42,109 nt of DNA from Chlamydiota bacterium (GTDB taxonomy: Bacteria > Auribacterota > Tritonobacteria > UBA1439), in the NCBI GenBank assembly GCA_037133055.1, contig JBAXOY010000010.1, positions 1 to 42,109 of the forward strand, given 5' to 3'. The notes below the pieces were generated by a model. The model saw only the letters and a program-made list of their open reading frames with translations. It made no database searches and was not told the origin of the DNA. The position numbers and the translations under genes were made by a program. Below, one piece after another: positions 36,724-42,109 of the stretch; position 1 is the first letter of the stretch; every line of letters starts with the position of its first letter.

Positions 36724-38166
36724 ATGAAACCGGAGCTCGCCATACTTGCCGCCGCGCTCCTCGTCGGAGGGACTCAGGCCGGTCCGGGCGCCCCGCAGGG
36801 GGCGTCGCTCGTCAAGGTCTACCGGCAGGCGGAGTGCCTGAAGCCCCCCTCCGGCGCCTGGGCCCCCGCAGCGGCGGGGACCAAACTCGCGGCGGACGAT
36901 TCCGTGAGGACGCTCAACAACTCCTACGCCGACCTCCAGATGGATCCCCCCAACCGCTTCCGCCTCAAGGAGAACTCCATCCTCAAAATTGAGCGGTTGT
37001 TCGCCGAGTCAAAGGACGCGGACGGCGCGGTGGTCCGCCTGACCGATCTCGGCATCCTCAAGGGCGAGGTCGTCGCCCGACTCGACAAGCTCCCCGCCGG
37101 CGCGCGGCTCACCCTGAAGTCCCCGGTCGCGATCGCCGCGGTCCGCGGGACGGGGTTCTCCGTGGCGGTGGGCGGGGACGCGAAGACGACCGACGTCGCG
37201 GTTGCAAACGGCAGCGTGCGCGTCGAGGCGGTGGGGGAGCCGGATAAGCGCGTGACGGTGAACCCCGACCAGCGCACGACGGTCTCCCCGTGGGCGGGCG
37301 CGCTGCTGCGCGCGAAGGGGACCGGGCTTCCGCCCAGGGAACTGCTCCTGAAGCGTCTCGAAGACCCGAAGGTCCCCGTGAAGGACGCGAGGGAGCTCCT
37401 CGAGAGGCTCAAGAATCCGGCGCCGAGCCTCGCCCGGATCGTGATCGGGGGCGAGGCCCGCGTGACGGCCCCGGCCGATATCGCCGATGCCGCGGATGCC
37501 GAACGGTGGGCGAGGGAGGAGGCGCGGTATTGTGCGCAGAAGGGGATCATAGACAAGATCGAGACGATCATGCTTTCCGGGAAGGAGACGGTCGGCGACC
37601 TGATGAACAAGGACCCGAAGATATGCCGCGCCATCCTCGATGCCACGAACGGCGCATCCGTCGCGGCGTCCGACTACTCCACGGCCGGGCGCACGGCGTT
37701 CGTCAGGCTCGAGTTCCCGCTCGAGACGGTGCGGAAGATCACGGGCAGGGACATGACGCTCGCATGGAAGGGGATCGCCCCCGTGTCGCTCACCGATTAC
37801 GCCGCCCTTTTCGGGGGGTTCATCCGCGCCGCGACCGAGCGGGCCGCGACGGTGGACGCCTACCGGCGGCTCGCCGAGAAGATCTACGGGACGGTGGTGA
37901 ATTCGTCCACTACGCTGAAGGATTTCGCGGTCCAGAACGACCAGGTCGACATCGCCGTGAAGGGCGTGGTGCAGGGCGCCGGGGAGGTTTCGAAGACGTA
38001 CTACTCAGACGGATCGATCGACGTGACGCTCGAGATCGCGGGCGCCGCGGTCAAGGGAAGTCTCGTATCAGTCCCGGGCCTCGCCCTCGGCGAGCAGTAC
38101 ATGGCGTCCCCCGCCGCGCTGGACGCGGACGATTTCATCCGTCTCCTCAGTCTGGACCGGATCTGA
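36724..38166 (+). CDS. Secreted FecR-domain protein with two LPP20/FlgP-like modules
   Basis: Signal peptide. FecR LKSPVAIAAVRGTGF..V.V.NGSV.V. C-terminal RAATVDAYRRLAEKIYG..NSSTTLKDF..ND.V...VKGVVQGA, with an earlier degenerate copy. Confidence 0.8.
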   Translation: MKPELAILAAALLVGGTQAGPGAPQGASLVKVYRQAECLKPPSGAWAPAAAGTKLAADDSVRTLNNSYADLQMDPPNRFRLKENSILKIERLFAESKDADGAVVRLTDLGILKGEVVARLDKLPAGARLTLKSPVAIAAVRGTGFSVAVGGDAKTTDVAVANGSVRVEAVGEPDKRVTVNPDQRTTVSPWAGALLRAKGTGLPPRELLLKRLEDPKVPVKDARELLERLKNPAPSLARIVIGGEARVTAPADIADAADAERWAREEARYCAQKGIIDKIETIMLSGKETVGDLMNKDPKICRAILDATNGASVAASDYSTAGRTAFVRLEFPLETVRKITGRDMTLAWKGIAPVSLTDYAALFGGFIRAATERAATVDAYRRLAEKIYGTVVNSSTTLKDFAVQNDQVDIAVKGVVQGAGEVSKTYYSDGSIDVTLEIAGAAVKGSLVSVPGLALGEQYMASPAALDADDFIRLLSLDRI

Positions 38167-38197
38167 CGGGAAACGGGCAACCCTCGCGGAGATCGCG

Positions 38198-38932
38198 ATG
38201 CTGCTCTTCAAACTCCTCGTGCTCGCGCATCTCGTTGCCGATTTCCCCCTCCAGTCCGCCCGTGTCTACCGCCTGAAGACCACGAACCTCGCGGGCCAGC
38301 TCCCGCACGCGTGCATCGTTCTTGCGGCGATGGCGCTCGCCTGCTACCCGCTCGCGGGGGAATGGTCGTTCTGGGCGTTCGCGACGGCGGTCGCGGGGCT
38401 CCATCTCCTGATCGACGCGCTGAAAGTAGACCTCGGCGACCGCGGGACGTGGGGCGGGAGCCTCTGGGCGTTTCTTCTCGATCAGGCGATGCACGTCGCG
38501 ACGCTCGCCACGGTCTTCCTCACCCCGCTCCCGGCGGCGCCGGGGCTTCAGGCGAGCGCCCTGGAGCGCCTGGACGTGGACGGCGCCATAACCCTCGCGA
38601 TCCTTTTCCTTACCGCCACCTTCGGGGGCGTCTACCTGCTGAGCGCCGTGCGCCGGACGCTCTTCGAGGCGGGCGGGGGGGCGAGATCGCCGGGAGGGTT
38701 CGAGAAATACTACGGGATCGCCGAGCGGGGGGCGCTCTTCCTGATCATGACGGCGGGCGGGTGGGCGCTCTGCCTCGTCCCGCTCGTCCTGCTTGTCCGC
38801 GTTCCGGCGGCGAACCGCGCCGTGAAGCGGTTCAGCCCCGAGCCGTTCCTCATGTCGTCCCGCAACGCCGCGGGCAACCTCCTGCTCTCCGCCGCCTGCG
38901 CGTTCGCGGGCATCCTCTCTTCCCGCGGTTGA
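38198..38932 (+). CDS. DUF3307 membrane protein
   Basis: LAHLVADFPLQ, H..I, HLLID.LK, FLLDQAMH, YGIAER. Confidence 0.88.
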   Translation: MLLFKLLVLAHLVADFPLQSARVYRLKTTNLAGQLPHACIVLAAMALACYPLAGEWSFWAFATAVAGLHLLIDALKVDLGDRGTWGGSLWAFLLDQAMHVATLATVFLTPLPAAPGLQASALERLDVDGAITLAILFLTATFGGVYLLSAVRRTLFEAGGGARSPGGFEKYYGIAERGALFLIMTAGGWALCLVPLVLLVRVPAANRAVKRFSPEPFLMSSRNAAGNLLLSAACAFAGILSSRG

Positions 38933-39080
38933 CCTTCCCCCCGAGGCAGAGCGCGCACCGCTCGTCGCTGCACCACCCGCATGAAAAGCAGTCCGGGCAG
39001 GGGTGTTTCTTCGGGGCGGAGGGGTCCGCGTCGGGGACGTATACGAGGCCGGGTACGCCGCGCATCCGCATGAACGCCAT
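38850..39080 (-). CDS. Small Cys-rich protein
   Basis: AGGAG RBS directly after the thioesterase stop. KKHPCPDCFSCGWCSDERCALC. Confidence 0.6.
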   Translation of the reverse strand: MAFMRMRGVPGLVYVPDADPSAPKKHPCPDCFSCGWCSDERCALCLGGKVNRGKRGCPRTRRRRRAGGCPRRCGTT

Positions 39081-39089
39081 GGGGGCTCC

Positions 39090-39521
39090 TCAGGCGCCGC
39101 CCGCGCAGCGCGCGACAAACGCCTCGGGCACGCGGGCGATCGCGCGCGTCCGGTAATCGAAAAAGACGATCCCTGTCCTGGCGCGCGCGACCTCCTTCCC
39201 GGATGCCCGGTTCGTGAGGCGGTAGAGGAGGTCGCAGCCGCACCGGGTGACGCCGGCGACCGCCACCTCGACCGTCAGGGTGTCGCCCAGGAATCCCTGC
39301 GAGGTGTAGACGATCGCGGCGTCGGTCATGAGGATCCCGGGGCCGTCGACGTTTCCCTCGGCGAAGCCGTGGCGCCGCAGAAACCTGACGCGGGCCTCGT
39401 GGACGAGGGAGAGCACTGCGTCGTTCCCGAGATGGCCGCCGTAATTCAGGTCGGTGACGCGCACGGCGATTTCGGTGGAAAAGGGGAACGTTTCGGGGAG
39501 ACTCAGTCTCAGTCGCGGCAT
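39090..39521 (-). CDS. Thioesterase (4HBT/hot-dog fold)
   Basis: VRVTDLNYGGHLGND..HEARV, VFFDY...VPE.F. TGcTACACT lies 6 nt before the ATG. Confidence 0.9.
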   Translation of the reverse strand: MPRLRLSLPETFPFSTEIAVRVTDLNYGGHLGNDAVLSLVHEARVRFLRRHGFAEGNVDGPGILMTDAAIVYTSQGFLGDTLTVEVAVAGVTRCGCDLLYRLTNRASGKEVARARTGIVFFDYRTRAIARVPEAFVARCAGGA

Positions 39522-39596
39522 GGGCACAGTGTAGCAGAAGCGCCGCGGGGATTCCAGCAGCGGGGCGGCCGATAGGTCCCATAGGACCTATACTGC

Positions 39597-40610
39597 CTAA
39601 GGGACAGGACTGAGCCGCGTTTTCCGGAGCAGGCGGAGGGCGGCGGCCGGGCTGATGTCCCCCGGCTCGAGCGTCATCGCGTTTGCCGCGCCGCACGCCA
39701 TGCCGAATCGGACGGCCTCGGGCATCGGCCGTCCCCGGGACAGCGCATGGGCGATGCCCGCCGTGCAGGAGTCGCCGGACCCGACGCTGTTGAGGGCTTT
39801 CACCGCGGGGGGGATGAATCGCCATGCCCCGCTTTCGCCGGCGAGGAACGCCGGCCGGGAGCCGTCGGTCACGAGGACCCAGCGGGCGCCGCGGGAGACG
39901 AGCCCGCGAAGCGCCGCGGACATCCGCGCGCCGGGTGCGACCGGATGGCGGACGGTCCGCTGAAGTTCATCCCGGTTGAGCTTTGCGAGCAGCGGGCGAT
40001 GCGGGAGAGCGGCGAGAAGTGCGGGGCCGTGCGCGTCGATCAGGAAGGGAACGCCGCGCGCGGCGGCATCCCGCGCCAGGAGTGCGTACGCATCCACGGG
40101 GCACCCCGGCGGGAGCGCGCCCGCGGCAATCGCCATTCCGCAGCGGGGGAGCAGAACCGCGAACTTTCTGTGCAGAGACTGGAGCTCCCCTCCCGCGGGG
40201 ACCGGCCCCTCCTCGACGATCTCGGTCACCCCGCCGCGGGATTCGTCGAAGAGCGTGGTGCAGATCCTGGTCTCCCCCCGGCTCCGGACAAACTCATGCG
40301 CGATCCCCATCCGGCGGAGGATCTTCCGCATCCGGTCGCCGTTCACGCCGCCTGAGAAGCCGGTCAGGCAAGGGGCGCCGCCGAGGGCGGCGAGGGCGCG
40401 CGCCGCGTTCACGGCCTTCCCCCCGACGGTGAGAACGGCGGAGTGCGCCCGGTTCACCCGCCCGATTTCAAGCCGTCCGACTCTCAGTATCCTCTGGAGG
40501 CAGGGCGTTACCGCGACGCACAGCACGCGGATATTCCCGTCCCTTCCCGGGTGATCGGGGCGAAACGGGGCGGCCTGGGACATGGACGGGCTCCCGGGGT
40601 CCGCGGTCAC
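39597..40610 (-). CDS. PfkB family (1-phosphofructokinase-type) hexose kinase
   Basis: GGKAVNAAR, ETRIC, AKLNRDEL, VTDG, NSVGSGDS. GTG start overlaps the SPFH stop; an alternative ATG is at 40583. Confidence 0.9.
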   Translation of the reverse strand: MTADPGSPSMSQAAPFRPDHPGRDGNIRVLCVAVTPCLQRILRVGRLEIGRVNRAHSAVLTVGGKAVNAARALAALGGAPCLTGFSGGVNGDRMRKILRRMGIAHEFVRSRGETRICTTLFDESRGGVTEIVEEGPVPAGGELQSLHRKFAVLLPRCGMAIAAGALPPGCPVDAYALLARDAAARGVPFLIDAHGPALLAALPHRPLLAKLNRDELQRTVRHPVAPGARMSAALRGLVSRGARWVLVTDGSRPAFLAGESGAWRFIPPAVKALNSVGSGDSCTAGIAHALSRGRPMPEAVRFGMACGAANAMTLEPGDISPAAALRLLRKTRLSPVP

Positions 40611-41455
40611 TCACCGGTCTTTTTCACGACCGCCTTGAACGATTCCATCACGTCGAGCGGGATGGCGAGGACGACCGTGTTCGAGGCGGAGGGGCCGAGG
40701 CCGTCGATCGTCTGGAGGGTCCGGAGCTGCATCGAGCCGGGCGACTTTATCATCGTTTCGGCCGCGGCGGCGAGATTCACGGCCGCGAGCTTGTCGCCCT
40801 CGGCCTTCGTGATCGTCGCGCGCTTCTCCCGCTCCGCGGAGGCCTGCCGGGACATCATTTTCTTGAGCTCCTCGGGCATGTCGATGTCCTGTATCTTGAT
40901 CGCGGTCACATCGAGGCCCCAGTTCTGGCTCTCCTTCTCGACAATCTTTTCGATCTCGTTGCAGATCTGCTCGCGCTCGGAGAGGAGCTGGTCGAGCGAC
41001 ATGCCGCCCACGACGTCCCGCAGGGCAGCGAGGGCGTACTGGGACATCGCGTAGGTGTAGTTCTGGACCTTGATGATCGCGTCCTCGACCTTGCTGACCT
41101 TGAAATAGACGACGCCGTTGATCGACACGGGCACGTTGTCCTTGGTGATGACCTGCTGCGTGGGGATGTCCAGCGTCAGGACCCGCGTGTCGACCAGGGC
41201 GACGTTGTCCACGATCGGGATGATGAAGAAGAGCCCGGGGCCCTTGATGCACGAGAACTTCCCGAGGCGGAGGACAAGGCCGCGCTCCCACTGCGCGGCG
41301 ACCCGCACGGCGCTCGATGCGAGGATCGCGAGGAGAAACGAGGCGATGAAGCCGAGCACGCCCAGGGGAGGACTCGCGAGGAAAAGCGGGAAACTCACCA
41401 TGGCGCCGAGGATGAGGACGACGAAGAAGATCAGGACCGGGATGCCCTTGAACAT
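40607..41455 (-). CDS. SPFH/band-7 (slipin/stomatin-like) protein
   Basis: AAGGAGG RBS before ATG 41455. WERGLVLRLG, GPGL.FIIP, Q.VITKDNV, QASAEREKRA, QLRTLQT. Confidence 0.93.
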   Translation of the reverse strand: MFKGIPVLIFFVVLILGAMVSFPLFLASPPLGVLGFIASFLLAILASSAVRVAAQWERGLVLRLGKFSCIKGPGLFFIIPIVDNVALVDTRVLTLDIPTQQVITKDNVPVSINGVVYFKVSKVEDAIIKVQNYTYAMSQYALAALRDVVGGMSLDQLLSEREQICNEIEKIVEKESQNWGLDVTAIKIQDIDMPEELKKMMSRQASAEREKRATITKAEGDKLAAVNLAAAAETMIKSPGSMQLRTLQTIDGLGPSASNTVVLAIPLDVMESFKAVVKKTGE

Positions 41456-41844
41456 AGACGCCTCCTTGAATGGTGCGGGGGATATGCGTCCCCCTCGGAT
41501 GTGAGATGACGGTGCGGGATGAGCGGCGGAACGGGCCGCGGGCTGGAGTGCGATCTGCGTGCGGGACGATTGCGGCGCGCCGGGCTGATCCCCGCCGGGC
41601 AGGGATTTCGCAAAAGCGGCGCTTGAAGCGGGGGGGACCCGCTTCCAGTTTCGGGCGAGGCTGACTGCGACAAACACGACGAAGATCAAGAAGGGGAAAA
41701 GGTTGCGCATGCCCGTGTCCCTCGCCGAATGATGACCGAGTATAAAACCATCCGCGCGGGAAAACAAGCGCAATAATGGGACAGGGCGGGAGGGTAGTGG
41801 GACAGTTTCGGGGGTACAACACCTATACTGATCCGGCTTTAACG

Positions 41845-42109
41845 GTAGCACGCAGATGACCGCAGATCGTCAGGATAGACAGGATATACAATACGACAAA
41901 ATTCTTTTGGACGCGGATCGCCGCGGATGGGACAACAGCTTAAAGTTTAAAGTTCAAAGTAACGAGGCATTCAGGGCGCAGATTTCGCAGATGAACGCAG
42001 ATAAAGAAACAGCACATGACTTTCAAGAATGAATGGGACGCAGAGCCTCCTTCACTTCCCGCTTATTCCCTTGAACTTTCAACCGTAGTTTTATCTGCGT
42101 ACTCTGCGT
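41845..42109. repeat. Dispersed GCAGAT/CAGGAT element, copy 3 (compound, truncated by window end)
   Basis: gtagcacgcagatgaccgcagatcgtcaggatagacaggata (41845-41886), ggacgcggatcgccgcggat, cgcagatttcgcagatgaacgcagataaa, and an inverted tttatctgcgtactctgcgt at the end. Confidence 0.88.

Overview
High-GC bacterial chromosomal window with no rRNA, tRNA, CRISPR array or intact transposase that I can recognise. One conserved hypothetical protein and the repeat types hint at a PVC-related uncultured lineage, but this is unverified. Positions 1-13.7 kb hold seven large polytopic GT-C/YfhO-like membrane proteins plus an SGNH hydrolase, probably for envelope glycosylation. Next come a SIMPL protein, a GT2, DUF2934, a diguanylate cyclase, ndk and moaA, then an accessory patch (alpha/beta hydrolase, catalase, secreted protein, GNAT pseudogene). 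These are followed by a nucleotidyltransferase, metK, ahcY, ComF, an M23 protein, and folE-cutA-NifU-ThiF-MoaD. The last part has a small Zn-ribbon gene with a sigma54-like promoter, a CHASE2 adenylate cyclase-RsbU-RsbW operon divergent from a FecR/LPP20 gene, DUF3307, a thioesterase, a PfkB kinase and an SPFH protein. The most unusual signal is non-coding. A ~200-nt element with conserved 9-10-nt-period inverted arms and unique AT-rich spacers occurs three times (15844, 28425, 41845). Several other short-period palindromic families are also present, including an 8-mer inverted array translated in frame inside a membrane protein and a perfect nested palindrome. All protein calls come from reading motifs by eye, not from database searches.
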